Both the position numbers and the translations under genes were made by a program. The notes beneath the pieces were generated by a model that worked only from the letters and a program-made list of their open reading frames with translations, did no database searches and had not been told where the DNA came from. This document shows, one piece after another, positions 10,690-19,726 of a DNA stretch of 64,000 bases. The number at the start of each line of letters is the position of its first letter. The first letter of the stretch is position 1. This DNA is from Dehalococcoidia bacterium (GTDB lineage Bacteria > Chloroflexota > Dehalococcoidia > Lucifugimonadales > UBA1123): assembly GCA_021295915.1 (NCBI GenBank), contig JAGWBK010000001.1:11644-75643 (forward strand). The letters run 5' to 3'.

Positions 10690-10889
10690 GTGATGTCCTT
10701 GGCAGCCTTAAAGGTGACTGCAGGCTCGTGGCCACCGGGGCAGATTTCGTCTGACCTGTCCAGGTCTTCAAGTCCTGACTTCAGACGCTCCAGAAGCGCG
10801 CTAGTGTCAACGACAGACAGGTCCAGCCCCAGCACACTGGCTTGCATCTCAAGGAAGTGGTCGGGCAATGTTCTGGAAGATGTCGACAT
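10686..10889 (-). CDS. Small (67-aa) AtzG/GatC-like putative amidase partner subunit
   Basis: Its stop overlaps the amidase ATG (ATGA at 10686-10689). Size, position and the ...LGL...EPAVTF... pattern resemble the small DUF4089/AtzG proteins found upstream of AtzE-type amidases. Confidence 0.55.
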   Translation of the reverse strand: MSTSSRTLPDHFLEMQASVLGLDLSVVDTSALLERLKSGLEDLDRSDEICPGGHEPAVTFKAAKDIT

Positions 10890-10942
10890 GATTCTGGGTC
10901 TCCGGCCCGGTAGACGTAATTGCTCAGCCGAGGCCGCAATAC

Positions 10943-10971
10943 TTACTACACTGAACGACTGTGTGTGTCAA
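10943..10971 (-). promoter_or_regulatory. Sigma70-like promoter candidate for the small-subunit/amidase/hydrolase operon
   Basis: On the minus strand TTGACA, a 17-nt spacer, then TAGTAA. It begins right after the MFS stop codon and lies about 55 nt upstream of the small ORF. Confidence 0.5.
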
Positions 10972-10973
10972 CT

Positions 10974-12329
10974 TCAGGATGCTGAACGAACTCGTTGGGG
11001 GTCAGATCCGTTCGACTGGATCTCCTGCTCGCTCTGCATGAGGATCGAACCTATGTTACGCACCTGGCGATTGATTAAAGCTGGACCGAGCGCGAACGCC
11101 GCGACCAGCCCTCCTCCGATCGCAATTGCGACAGGAACGCCGACGAAAGAGGCCAAGGCTCCAGCCTGCATTCCTCCGAGCGGCATGATGCTCCACGTCA
11201 TCCCGTAGAAGCCCATCACACGACCGCGCATCCTGTCAGGTACCAGGAGTTGCAGAGAGCTCATGATCGAGATCATGTAAGTCGAACTCGAAGTGCCCAT
11301 GATGAACATAAGGACCATCGCCAGAGGCAGAGAACCTACGAACCTTGATGTTAAAGCAAAAGCAATTATCGAGATCCCGAAGGCGAGTCCGCCACCGATT
11401 ATCAGCAGCCCTTTCCTCTGGAAGTTAGCCGATGAGCTAAGAAGCAGGGTTACACCGAGGGCGCCCACACCGCCCACTGTCATGAGGAGACCCTGCCCAT
11501 CGGCGCCAACTTTCAAGACGTCGACCGCAAACGCCGGCATCATGGTGATATATGCCATTCCGAAGAAGCTGTTAAAGAAAGTCATCGCAATCAGGAATGA
11601 GAAAATCGAACTTCCCGATATAAACCTGAGGCCTTCCCACAGTGCACCAAAAGCGCTTCCCGTGGACCCGATGTCGATCCTCGGTATTCGTAGTGTCAGA
11701 ATGACGATTGCCATAATGACAAATCCCGCGCCAGCAACAAAGATCGCAGTCGCGGTTCCGATCAGGCCGATGATGATTCCTGCGATCATAGGGGCGACGA
11801 TGCGCGTTCCCTGCCAGATCGCTGAGTTCAGGGCGACCGCACTCATAATGACGCGTCGATCAATCAGGTGGGGATAGAGTGCCTGACGCGCGGGCTGATC
11901 GAAGGCGTTGACCGCGCCGGCTGCGAATGCAAGAGCGATGATATGCCAGACTCTGACCACCTCGAACAGGGTCAGAAATGCAAGTGTGAATATGAGAGTG
12001 GCAGTGAGGATCTGCGTGTAGAAGATGAGCTTGCGCTTGTCCAGCCTGTCAGCAAACACGCCCCCGAACAGGTTCAGGGCGATCGAAGGCACCGCGCTGG
12101 CTACTGCAACGTAACCCAGATACAACGGCGACCCGGTCAACTCATAGGTAAGCCATCCCTGGGAGAACATGAGCATCTGGAACCCACATACCGATGCAAG
12201 CGTACCGAACCAGTACGAGCGATACTGCGGGTATTTCAGCGCCGGAGGTATTGAGAGCAGCCTTCTCCAGAGAGATATTGCCTCACCGTCGATCTCAGAC
12301 GACTCCTGTGTGCTGACCCTATTGCTCAC
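10974..12329 (-). CDS. MFS transporter (MFS_3/EntS-like subfamily)
   Basis: The 451-aa protein is hydrophobic throughout, consistent with a multi-pass MFS fold. The loop 2-3 motif GGVFADRLDKRKL is present. The GTG start is not verified. Confidence 0.85.
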   Translation of the reverse strand: MSNRVSTQESSEIDGEAISLWRRLLSIPPALKYPQYRSYWFGTLASVCGFQMLMFSQGWLTYELTGSPLYLGYVAVASAVPSIALNLFGGVFADRLDKRKLIFYTQILTATLIFTLAFLTLFEVVRVWHIIALAFAAGAVNAFDQPARQALYPHLIDRRVIMSAVALNSAIWQGTRIVAPMIAGIIIGLIGTATAIFVAGAGFVIMAIVILTLRIPRIDIGSTGSAFGALWEGLRFISGSSIFSFLIAMTFFNSFFGMAYITMMPAFAVDVLKVGADGQGLLMTVGGVGALGVTLLLSSSANFQRKGLLIIGGGLAFGISIIAFALTSRFVGSLPLAMVLMFIMGTSSSTYMISIMSSLQLLVPDRMRGRVMGFYGMTWSIMPLGGMQAGALASFVGVPVAIAIGGGLVAAFALGPALINRQVRNIGSILMQSEQEIQSNGSDPQRVRSAS

Positions 12330-12361
12330 ACCACACCCATCTCATCACCGCAACCTTGGAC

Positions 12362-12583
12362 TCAGTCGAGGAGCGGAATCCTGCCCCAGGTCACTCCGTC
12401 GGGGTCTTCAGACAACTCCTTATCGCGGATCAACTCACGAATGGCGAGAAGAGTAGCGTTGACCTCATTGGTCACGTAGACCCAGTCCGGTTCCTCAGGG
12501 AACCAATATGGTGACGTGATCCGAACTACCTTACCCTCAGAGGCATTCAGGTAGATGCCGAATTTCTCTACGTGTTGCAGCAC
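12362..12583 (-). CDS. Small hypothetical protein (about 73 aa)
   Basis: An ORF co-directional with glmS and the MFS gene. I prefer the GTG at 12583 because AAGGAG lies 6 nt upstream. I recognise no motif. Confidence 0.4.
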   Translation of the reverse strand: MLQHVEKFGIYLNASEGKVVRITSPYWFPEEPDWVYVTNEVNATLLAIRELIRDKELSEDPDGVTWGRIPLLD

Positions 12584-12633
12584 CTCAAGCTCCTTTGCCG
12601 CGCAACGGTAGCACAAGCCAACGTCACCGGCAA

Positions 12634-14478
12634 TTACTCTACTGTAACTGTCTTTGCAAGGTTCCTAGGCTGGTCAATGTCGCAGCCTCTACGAACTCCT
12701 ATGTGATACGCAATCAGTTGCATGGCGATGGACACCGGGAACGGATTGATGATTTCCGACACGTTAGGGATAGCTATCACGTCGTCCGCCAGCGCTGAGG
12801 TTTCTGTGTCGCCCTCCGACACTACAGCGATGATGTTTCCGCCGCGCGCCCTCACCTCGCTGATGTTGGACTGCATCTTGTCCCGCAAGGAATCAGAAGG
12901 GGCGATGGCAACCACGGGCATATCTTCATCGATCAGGGAAATAGGCCCGTGTTTCATCTCGCCCGCCGGATACCCTTCGGCGTGAATGTAACTGATCTCT
13001 TTCAGCTTTAGCGCACCTTCCATTGCCATTGGAAATCCGAAACCCCTTCCCAGGAAGAGGAAGTCCGACTGACGGCCATACTTACGGGCGATTTCCTTAT
13101 AGACAGATTCATTGGTCAGCATTGCGCCAAGCATGTCCGGTAGGCGGGTGATCTCAGTCACGAGCGCCTCTCTCCGACCTTGTCCAATCTGACCTCTGCG
13201 GGTAGCGACGTCCAGCGCCAGCAGAAGTAGGGAGATGAGGGACGAAATAAACGTCTTGGACGCCGCCACTCCAGTCTCGAGTCCGGCACGAAGAAGCAGG
13301 GAGTGTTCAGCGATTCGAGTGGTCTGTGTGCCTGGATAGTTGCAGAGAGTGACCTGTGGGGCTCCGAGATCTCTCGCCAACTCCATGGCGGCCAAGGTGT
13401 CGACGGTCTCGCCTGACTGGCAGACTGAGACGACCAGCGTTCGCGAGTCCATTATGGGAGATCTATACCTGAACTCAGAGGAATTGTCATACTCAGATGG
13501 AATCCTCGCCAGTGACTCCATCCAGTGTCTTCCAATCATGGCAGCATGCAAGCTGGTGCCCATCCCCAGGAACACTACACGATCAATGGAGCCTATCAGT
13601 TCATCACTTAGACCGAGTTCGGCCAGGTCTACAGATTGGTCTTCGAATGAAACACGACCCCGCAGACCATTAACGATGGCTTCGGGCTGCTCGTGAATCT
13701 CCTTGTGCATAAAGTGGCTGAATGCGCCTTTAGCGGAAGACAGGGGATCATAGGGAATGCTAGTCGGAAGCTTGGTAATGGAGGTGCCGTCGACGCACCT
13801 GAAAGCCATCCCATCGGGGTTCAGGACAGCAATCTCCCCCGCGTTCAGGTAGTACACACTTCGGGTATGAGGGAGTAGGGCCGGAAGATCTGACGATAGG
13901 AAGACCCCCTCATCATTCTTGCCAACGACTATACCTCCGGCGTTGCCGAGTCTCAGGCCAACGATCTTGTCCGGGTCCCTCGTAGAGAAGGCTACAACTG
14001 CGCTGGCTCCCCTGATCTGTTGAGCCGCATCAGTAACGGCTTCTTCGAGGGAGAGTCCTTTCTCAATGCCGTCCTCGATCAAGTGGGGTATGCACTCTGA
14101 GTCGGTCTGGGACTCGAACACGTGACCGCCGCCTGCCAACTCTCGCTTGAGTTCCTGGTAGTTCTCGACGATCCCGTTGTGAACGACGACCACGTCGCCC
14201 TTGCAGTCACTATGTGGGTGGGCGTTTGTGTCCGAAGGAGCACCGTGAGTCGCCCATCTGGTGTGACCTATCCCGAGTCTTCCCTCAGGCATGTCACCAT
14301 TTAGCGCAGTTTGCAGGTTGGAGAGCTTCCCCACACGCTTGCGAACGGATATGTTTCCGTCCGGTCCAACGACGGCGATTCCAGCGCTATCGTAGCCACG
14401 GTATTCCAGGGTACCCAATCCCTGAATCAAGAGCTCGGCCGCCTGGTGCCGGCCCGCATAGCCGATTATTCCGCACAT
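12634..14478 (-). CDS. glmS: Glutamine--fructose-6-phosphate aminotransferase
   Basis: The N-terminus MCGIIGY carries the Ntn catalytic Cys. Two SIS domains follow and the C-terminus is the typical ...AKTVTVE. The length is 614 aa. Confidence 0.97.
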   Translation of the reverse strand: MCGIIGYAGRHQAAELLIQGLGTLEYRGYDSAGIAVVGPDGNISVRKRVGKLSNLQTALNGDMPEGRLGIGHTRWATHGAPSDTNAHPHSDCKGDVVVVHNGIVENYQELKRELAGGGHVFESQTDSECIPHLIEDGIEKGLSLEEAVTDAAQQIRGASAVVAFSTRDPDKIVGLRLGNAGGIVVGKNDEGVFLSSDLPALLPHTRSVYYLNAGEIAVLNPDGMAFRCVDGTSITKLPTSIPYDPLSSAKGAFSHFMHKEIHEQPEAIVNGLRGRVSFEDQSVDLAELGLSDELIGSIDRVVFLGMGTSLHAAMIGRHWMESLARIPSEYDNSSEFRYRSPIMDSRTLVVSVCQSGETVDTLAAMELARDLGAPQVTLCNYPGTQTTRIAEHSLLLRAGLETGVAASKTFISSLISLLLLALDVATRRGQIGQGRREALVTEITRLPDMLGAMLTNESVYKEIARKYGRQSDFLFLGRGFGFPMAMEGALKLKEISYIHAEGYPAGEMKHGPISLIDEDMPVVAIAPSDSLRDKMQSNISEVRARGGNIIAVVSEGDTETSALADDVIAIPNVSEIINPFPVSIAMQLIAYHIGVRRGCDIDQPRNLAKTVTVE

Positions 14479-14533
14479 AGATCAGCAGTCCAGGTTCTAG
14501 TGCTGGGCAGTGGTGCGTTCACATCAGTGCGAG

Positions 14534-15214
14534 TCAATGCGATGTCACCGCGGGACCACTTTTCTGTACCTGAGATCTCGAGTAGAATCCATGGTACGAC
14601 TCGGGAAGCAGGTCGCAGACGCGGTGCATCATGTCAGTGGTCATGGAGCGCAGCAGTTCCCGGCTGGGACGACCTTCTATGTTGGGAAGTGAGAATGGCT
14701 GCCCGATGTTTACACGGATCTTGCCCGTAGGGTTGACGACTCTTAAGAAAGGCTGCATTCGCTCCGTGCCTGTAATCCCAACGGGAAGCACTGGGGCACC
14801 GGACTTCAGGATAAGAGAGACGGCGCCAGCCTTGGCTTCGTTGAGGCTTGCAGTCCGGCTGCGTGTTCCCTCCGGGAAGATTACAAGCGCTGCATCCTGC
14901 TGGAGCTGTCTCAGGGCCCACCGAAACGCCTTGGCATCTACTCCGACCCGGTCTATGGGAAACGCGCCATAGCTGCGCAAGTACCATCGGCCGACTGGGC
15001 CTACGGCTCTGAACAAATTGTCCTTGGCCAGGTAATTCAGACGTCTGGGGACACTGGCCCCGAGGAAAGATGGATCCAGGTTGCTCAGATGGTTTGCGAT
15101 TACAATCAGCGGTCCCATTGGAGGAACATTCTCAGCGCCAGTGACTTTGTAGTCTGAGAACGTCCTCAGAGTACATCTCTGCAGGAAATTGCTGACGTAG
15201 TAAACGGCTTCCAC
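14534..15214 (-). CDS. plsC: 1-acyl-sn-glycerol-3-phosphate acyltransferase
   Basis: The HX4D motif (NHLSNLD) and the FPEGTRS motif are present. The GTG start overlaps the cmk stop by 1 nt. Confidence 0.88.
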   Translation of the reverse strand: MEAVYYVSNFLQRCTLRTFSDYKVTGAENVPPMGPLIVIANHLSNLDPSFLGASVPRRLNYLAKDNLFRAVGPVGRWYLRSYGAFPIDRVGVDAKAFRWALRQLQQDAALVIFPEGTRSRTASLNEAKAGAVSLILKSGAPVLPVGITGTERMQPFLRVVNPTGKIRVNIGQPFSLPNIEGRPSRELLRSMTTDMMHRVCDLLPESYHGFYSRSQVQKSGPAVTSH

Positions 15215-15879
15215 TATCGTCGCTCGACCAATCTAACGATCTGCTCGACCACCTCGTCTAATGATAGACAATCGGTTTCCAGAATGAAAGCGTCGACGGC
15301 CGCGCTGAGGGGCGCCTCGACCCGTTCCGAGTCTATCCTGTCCCTTCTCACCGTGTCGGCCACTACCTGGTTAAAATCAACATCTGCACCAGAAGCTTGC
15401 ATTTCTGCGTGTCTTCTAGTGGCCCGTGTTTGAACAGAAGCATCTAGATAAACCTTGGTGCGGGCATCTGTCAGCACAACAGTGCCTATGTCACGCCCCA
15501 CCATTACAATAGGCCCGCTTTCAGCGATGAGTCTCTGGTGGGGAGTCAGCGCGCTCCTGACCCCCTTAACAGCAGAGACTGCCGAAACGTTGCGATCAAT
15601 GTCTGTCGTCCTGAGATGATCGGTTACATCGACTTCATCGACAATCAGGCGGCCACCCATGTCGTCAGAAGACAACGTAACAGTCATAGATTCGGTCATC
15701 TTTGTGAGGCTGTGCTCGTCGTTCATATCAAGACCTGAATGGACAGCCTTCCACGTTGCGGCACGGTACATCAGTCCGGTGTCCAGAAAGGCATAGCCCA
15801 GTCGCTCTGCTACACGGGCACCAACTGATGTCTTGCCGGAGGCGACCGGCCCATCGATCGCGACTGCTTCGATCACCAA
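15214..15879 (-). CDS. cmk: Cytidylate kinase
   Basis: The P-loop IDGPVASGKTS and FLDTGLMYRA motifs are present. The length is 221 aa. The start is TTG, or the adjacent GTG. Confidence 0.93.
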   Translation of the reverse strand: MVIEAVAIDGPVASGKTSVGARVAERLGYAFLDTGLMYRAATWKAVHSGLDMNDEHSLTKMTESMTVTLSSDDMGGRLIVDEVDVTDHLRTTDIDRNVSAVSAVKGVRSALTPHQRLIAESGPIVMVGRDIGTVVLTDARTKVYLDASVQTRATRRHAEMQASGADVDFNQVVADTVRRDRIDSERVEAPLSAAVDAFILETDCLSLDEVVEQIVRLVERR

Positions 15880-15915
15880 GTCCTATTGAGTCCCCTGATG
15901 CCCATTACCTGCCTG

Positions 15916-15944
15916 ATTATATGTTCAGGAGTGGTCGCGGGCAA
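15916..15944 (-). promoter_or_regulatory. Sigma70-like promoter candidate for cmk-plsC
   Basis: On the minus strand TTGCCC, a 17-nt spacer, then a perfect TATAAT. It lies about 35 nt upstream of the cmk start. Confidence 0.5.
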
Positions 15945-15964
15945 ACTGATCCGGGCTGATCCTG

Positions 15965-17320
15965 TCAGCCCGTGTCAAACTTGCGCCTCACCTGGTCTTC
16001 GAAGTCCGGCTCCCATCTCACGATCCGGCCTTGCGACAGTTGGGTTTCGTTTGTTGTCTGTCGTGAGGCCCGTGGATTGGCAGGAGAGGTACCGATCACG
16101 CCCGCGCCGGTCATTTCTGCAATATTGGGGTCATTCAAACCCAGGAGACCGGAAAGCACCTCTTTGTTGTGTTCCCCAAGAGTTGGTGCAGCAGACCTGA
16201 TAGTCCCAGGCGTCTCCCCAAACCTCCATGGCCTGCCTGCATAGGGCAGGGGAGGCATCCCAGTCGATTCCGCGTGTTCTACGACTTCGTAGAACCCCCG
16301 GGCGTTGAGGTGGTCGTTGAAAAGAAGCGCCTTGCCGTCCAGTACTTCCCCTGCTGGCACGCCGACGGCTTGAAGCCGGGCCTGAAGGTCGGCCGCAGCC
16401 CAGCCGACGGTAACATCAGAAACGAGGTCGTCCAGCAGGTCGTGATTCTTGAATCTTGAAAGACCGTCGGCGAAGCGAGAGTCGCCAACCCACTCGGGTC
16501 GCTCCAGCACCTCACAGAATGCAGCCCACTCGCCATCTGATCTGACACTAAGTGAAATCCAACTGTCGTCACCCTTGCACGGATAGGTCCCCTGCGGCGC
16601 GTATCTATCGTCGCGATTGCCGGAAGTCCCTGCCACACGGCCATTGAAGGAATAGTCCATCAGCGGCTCGGGAACTGTGGCGGTAAGAGTCTGGGTCTGG
16701 GAGACGTCAATGAGCTGGCCCTGGCCTGTGACGGCTCGATGCATAAGAGCTGCCATGATGGCGAACACTGTGTGCTCGCCTGCGGTGTAATCAGCGTAGG
16801 GTAGTTCCGGGATGGCGGGAGGTCCGTCTATGTACCCAGTTACGGCAGCAAGACCGCAAGCGGCCTCTGTCCCATAACCAATGGCGCCGAATCCGCTCCA
16901 CGGCCCAGTGTAGCCATAGCCCGTGGACGAGACCATGATGATGTCGGGTTTGACCTCACGCAGATCGTCGTATTCCAGGCCAAAGTTCGAAATCACGCGA
17001 GGAGTGAAATTCTCGATGAACACATCACTAATGGCGATCAGATCGACTAGAGTCTCAATCCCAACGGACTGGGCCAGATCAAGCGTTAGGCTCCGCTTGC
17101 CCCTGTTTTGCTCGTAGAAGTTGACGGCCCGATTCCAGAATTCCCCAGAGCTGTCATTCTCGTAGAAGCTGGAAACTCGATACCCGTCCATGCGTGTGCA
17201 GGACTCGATGCGTATGACCTCGGCACCCATATCGCCAAGCATCTTGGCAGCGAATGGGACCGCAATAAGTTGACCCATTTCGACTATCCGCGCGCCCTCC
17301 AGGGCCCTTGTCGGTGCCAT
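15965..17320 (-). CDS. Family-III CoA-transferase (CaiB/BaiF family)
   Basis: The N-terminus LEGARIVEMGQLIAVPFAAKMLGDMGAEVIRIE is typical of the family. The length is 451 aa. Confidence 0.88.
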   Translation of the reverse strand: MAPTRALEGARIVEMGQLIAVPFAAKMLGDMGAEVIRIESCTRMDGYRVSSFYENDSSGEFWNRAVNFYEQNRGKRSLTLDLAQSVGIETLVDLIAISDVFIENFTPRVISNFGLEYDDLREVKPDIIMVSSTGYGYTGPWSGFGAIGYGTEAACGLAAVTGYIDGPPAIPELPYADYTAGEHTVFAIMAALMHRAVTGQGQLIDVSQTQTLTATVPEPLMDYSFNGRVAGTSGNRDDRYAPQGTYPCKGDDSWISLSVRSDGEWAAFCEVLERPEWVGDSRFADGLSRFKNHDLLDDLVSDVTVGWAAADLQARLQAVGVPAGEVLDGKALLFNDHLNARGFYEVVEHAESTGMPPLPYAGRPWRFGETPGTIRSAAPTLGEHNKEVLSGLLGLNDPNIAEMTGAGVIGTSPANPRASRQTTNETQLSQGRIVRWEPDFEDQVRRKFDTG

Positions 17321-17322
17321 AG

Positions 17323-18579
17323 TCAGACCACCCCCGAGGCTACGAGCTGGCGCAGATCTTTGTGGGACATGGACAGTTCGTCGACGTAAACTTCGACGTT
17401 GTGCTGTCCAAGCGTGGGTGCCGGAGATTCAACCGACCATGGAGTGCGTGACATCCCTAGAGGCGCGCCTGGATATTCTGCCTTGCCTGCGACGGGATGG
17501 TCGACTTCGGTGAAGTATCCCCGATGCTGGAACTGGGGATTCTCGTACAGTTCGGATGCATCCAGGACCATCCCGTAGATCAGACCCCTTCGCTGGTTGG
17601 CCCTGTAGAACAGGTCTTCCTTGTCGTACTGTCTGAAGGCGTCTCGCAGTATTCTGTCGAGGTCGGTTGCGTGCTCTAGACGCCCTTCGGGGGTAGAGAA
17701 ACGTTCGTCCGCGAGTTCATGGGAATCCAGGAAGTCCACGGTAGCATCCCAGTCGACCCCGCCAAAGGCAATCGGGACGATGTATCCGTCCCTGGTTTCC
17801 ACAGGCGATCTGGGTAGCTCTCCTGCCTCACTCGGACGCCGCCACTTGATGGCGCCGGTGTAGGTGAAAGACGAGGTCGTGTCCCTGAGCCCTGTGGCGA
17901 CGCACTCCTGGATAGAAATGTCGATCCACTGTCCAGTGCCCGTCATAGCCCGATGGTACATTCCAATCAGGGCCGCAGACGCAGCATCGGTGCCCGCCTT
18001 GAACTGGGCCTGGTTGAAGCCGTGCTTAAGCGGTTCCCGGTCGTTGTCGCCGAATATGTACTGGATACCGCTGAGGGCGTACTCTACGATGTCGGTCGCT
18101 TCGTAGTCCCTGTATGGCCCAGTCTGTCCGAAGTTCGAAATAGAGACCATTACCAGTGACGGGTTTGTCTCTCGAAGTGTCTCATAGGTGATTCCGAGGG
18201 CGGGCAGGGTCTTCGGACGGAAATTCTCCACAATCAAGTCCGACTCGTCAGCTAGTCGCCGAAGTAGCCGCCGTCCGGTTACGGATTTGAGATCGAGCGT
18301 AATTGAACGCTTGTTGGTGTTCAGGTAGAGGAACGTGAGGCTCTTGTCAGGGCGAGGATCATCACCAGCAAACGGCGGCATAGCCCGGGCTGGGTCGCCA
18401 GAGCCTGGGCGTTCAATCTTCGTGACACTCGCGCCGAAATCTGCAAGCAGCTTCGTGCAGTATGGACCTGCGATGTGATGGGTCAGGTCCAGGACCTTGA
18501 TTCCCTCGAGGGCTCTAGCCAATGGCTGCTCCGACTCAATGTGATTTGGATTCCGCAGTTTCGAATTATACAGCGTCAT
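17323..18579 (-). CDS. Family-III CoA-transferase (CaiB/BaiF family), second paralogue
   Basis: LEGIKVLDLTHHIAGPYCTKLLADFGASVTKIERPGSGDPAR is typical of the family. The stop lies 2 nt before the next CoA-transferase ATG. Confidence 0.88.
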   Translation of the reverse strand: MTLYNSKLRNPNHIESEQPLARALEGIKVLDLTHHIAGPYCTKLLADFGASVTKIERPGSGDPARAMPPFAGDDPRPDKSLTFLYLNTNKRSITLDLKSVTGRRLLRRLADESDLIVENFRPKTLPALGITYETLRETNPSLVMVSISNFGQTGPYRDYEATDIVEYALSGIQYIFGDNDREPLKHGFNQAQFKAGTDAASAALIGMYHRAMTGTGQWIDISIQECVATGLRDTTSSFTYTGAIKWRRPSEAGELPRSPVETRDGYIVPIAFGGVDWDATVDFLDSHELADERFSTPEGRLEHATDLDRILRDAFRQYDKEDLFYRANQRRGLIYGMVLDASELYENPQFQHRGYFTEVDHPVAGKAEYPGAPLGMSRTPWSVESPAPTLGQHNVEVYVDELSMSHKDLRQLVASGVV

Positions 18580-18619
18580 TCTCTGGCAACAAGGTTCCCC
18601 CGCCTAGGTGCAAGTACGT

Positions 18620-18648
18620 TTGCCGATAAAAAATGGCACACGTATAAT
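18620..18648 (+). promoter_or_regulatory. Sigma70-like promoter candidate for the 2-hydroxyacid dehydrogenase gene
   Basis: TTGCCG (18620-18625), a 17-nt spacer, then a perfect TATAAT (18643-18648). The SD AAAGGAGAAG precedes the ATG at 18696. Confidence 0.55.
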
Positions 18649-18695
18649 CGGGCTGCTTCAGCAAGCAACAGTCCCACATTGCAAAAGGAGAAGAT

Positions 18696-19670
18696 ATGGG
18701 AGCACAGGTAATCGTTTATGGACCGAGCGACGCTCTGGTGGCCGACTTCCAGAGAGTCGCCCCAGAAGGCGTCGAAGTAGGATGGGTTGATTCCAATCTT
18801 TCGCTCGACGAGCAGGCTGAACTGCTTCAAGATGCCCAGGTGGCAATCGTTGGGGGAGCTCCGGTGACGGTTGAAGTCGCCAGCCGAGCGCCGAACCTCA
18901 AGCTTGTCCAGACAGTCAGTGCCGGGACTGACACCCTGGACAAGACTGCTCTGGGTGAGATGGGCATCCGTGTCTCCAACAACGGTGGTGGAAACGCGGT
19001 CGCGGTCGCCGAGCACACAATCGCGCTGCTCGTCAACACGATTCGGAAGATGCAGCTTCAGTTCAACGCAGTAAAGGCAGGGGAGTGGGCTGGCGACATC
19101 CGGCAGGCCTGGTTTTCCCAGGCCAATGAAATCGAGGGAAAGACCGTAGGAATCGTAGGGCTGGGCAGAATCGGTTCACGCGTGGCGCGCAGACTGCAGG
19201 GATGGGACTGCGACATCATCTACTCTGATGTCGTGGATCCAGAGCCGGGCATCGAGGAAGAACTCAACCTGAGGCGGGTGTCGCTGGACGAATTGCTTCA
19301 GGAGTCGGACATCATCACGTTGCATGTGCCGCTGGGCCGTCCGACGTTCCACATGATCAGCGATCGGGAATTCGACCTCATGAAGCCAACTGTTGTATTC
19401 ATAAACGCCTGTCGCGGTCCGGTCGTTGACGAGGCAGCCCTGATTCGCGCGCTTGAATCCGGAAAGATCGCACAAGCCGGTCTGGACGTGCTGGAAGAGG
19501 AGCCGACACCCGTCGACAACCCTCTGCTCAAGATGGACAACGTTCTGGTTACGCCCCACCTTGCGTCATTTACGCAGGAGTCAGGCGAAAAGAGCCGGAC
19601 GTTTGCCGTGTATAACGCGGCTAGAATCCTGCGAGGAGAAGATCCTGAGTCAGTGGTTCTGCCCGACTAG
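18696..19670 (+). CDS. D-isomer-specific 2-hydroxyacid dehydrogenase family protein
   Basis: The NAD fold GKTVGIVGLGRIGSRVARRL and the motifs ACRGPVVDEAAL, LDVLEEEP and TPHLA are present. The length is 324 aa. Confidence 0.9.
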   Translation: MGAQVIVYGPSDALVADFQRVAPEGVEVGWVDSNLSLDEQAELLQDAQVAIVGGAPVTVEVASRAPNLKLVQTVSAGTDTLDKTALGEMGIRVSNNGGGNAVAVAEHTIALLVNTIRKMQLQFNAVKAGEWAGDIRQAWFSQANEIEGKTVGIVGLGRIGSRVARRLQGWDCDIIYSDVVDPEPGIEEELNLRRVSLDELLQESDIITLHVPLGRPTFHMISDREFDLMKPTVVFINACRGPVVDEAALIRALESGKIAQAGLDVLEEEPTPVDNPLLKMDNVLVTPHLASFTQESGEKSRTFAVYNAARILRGEDPESVVLPD

Positions 19671-19726
19671 CAGTCTCTTTGAGCTAACAGAGTGGGTGGG
19701 CAGCTTCCCATTGCCCACTCCGGACC

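Noticed and set aside
14479-14533. A glmS ribozyme upstream of glmS.
   Set aside because: Only 55 nt separate glmS from the upstream plsC stop. That is far too short for the ~170-nt ribozyme (RF00234), and I saw no conserved core sequence.
19696-19718. A hairpin gtgggca-N9-tgcccac between the convergent 2-hydroxyacid dehydrogenase and PHP genes, considered as a bidirectional terminator.
   Set aside because: It has only 7 bp, alternative registers are possible, and there is no T tract on either strand. It is too weak to list as a feature.
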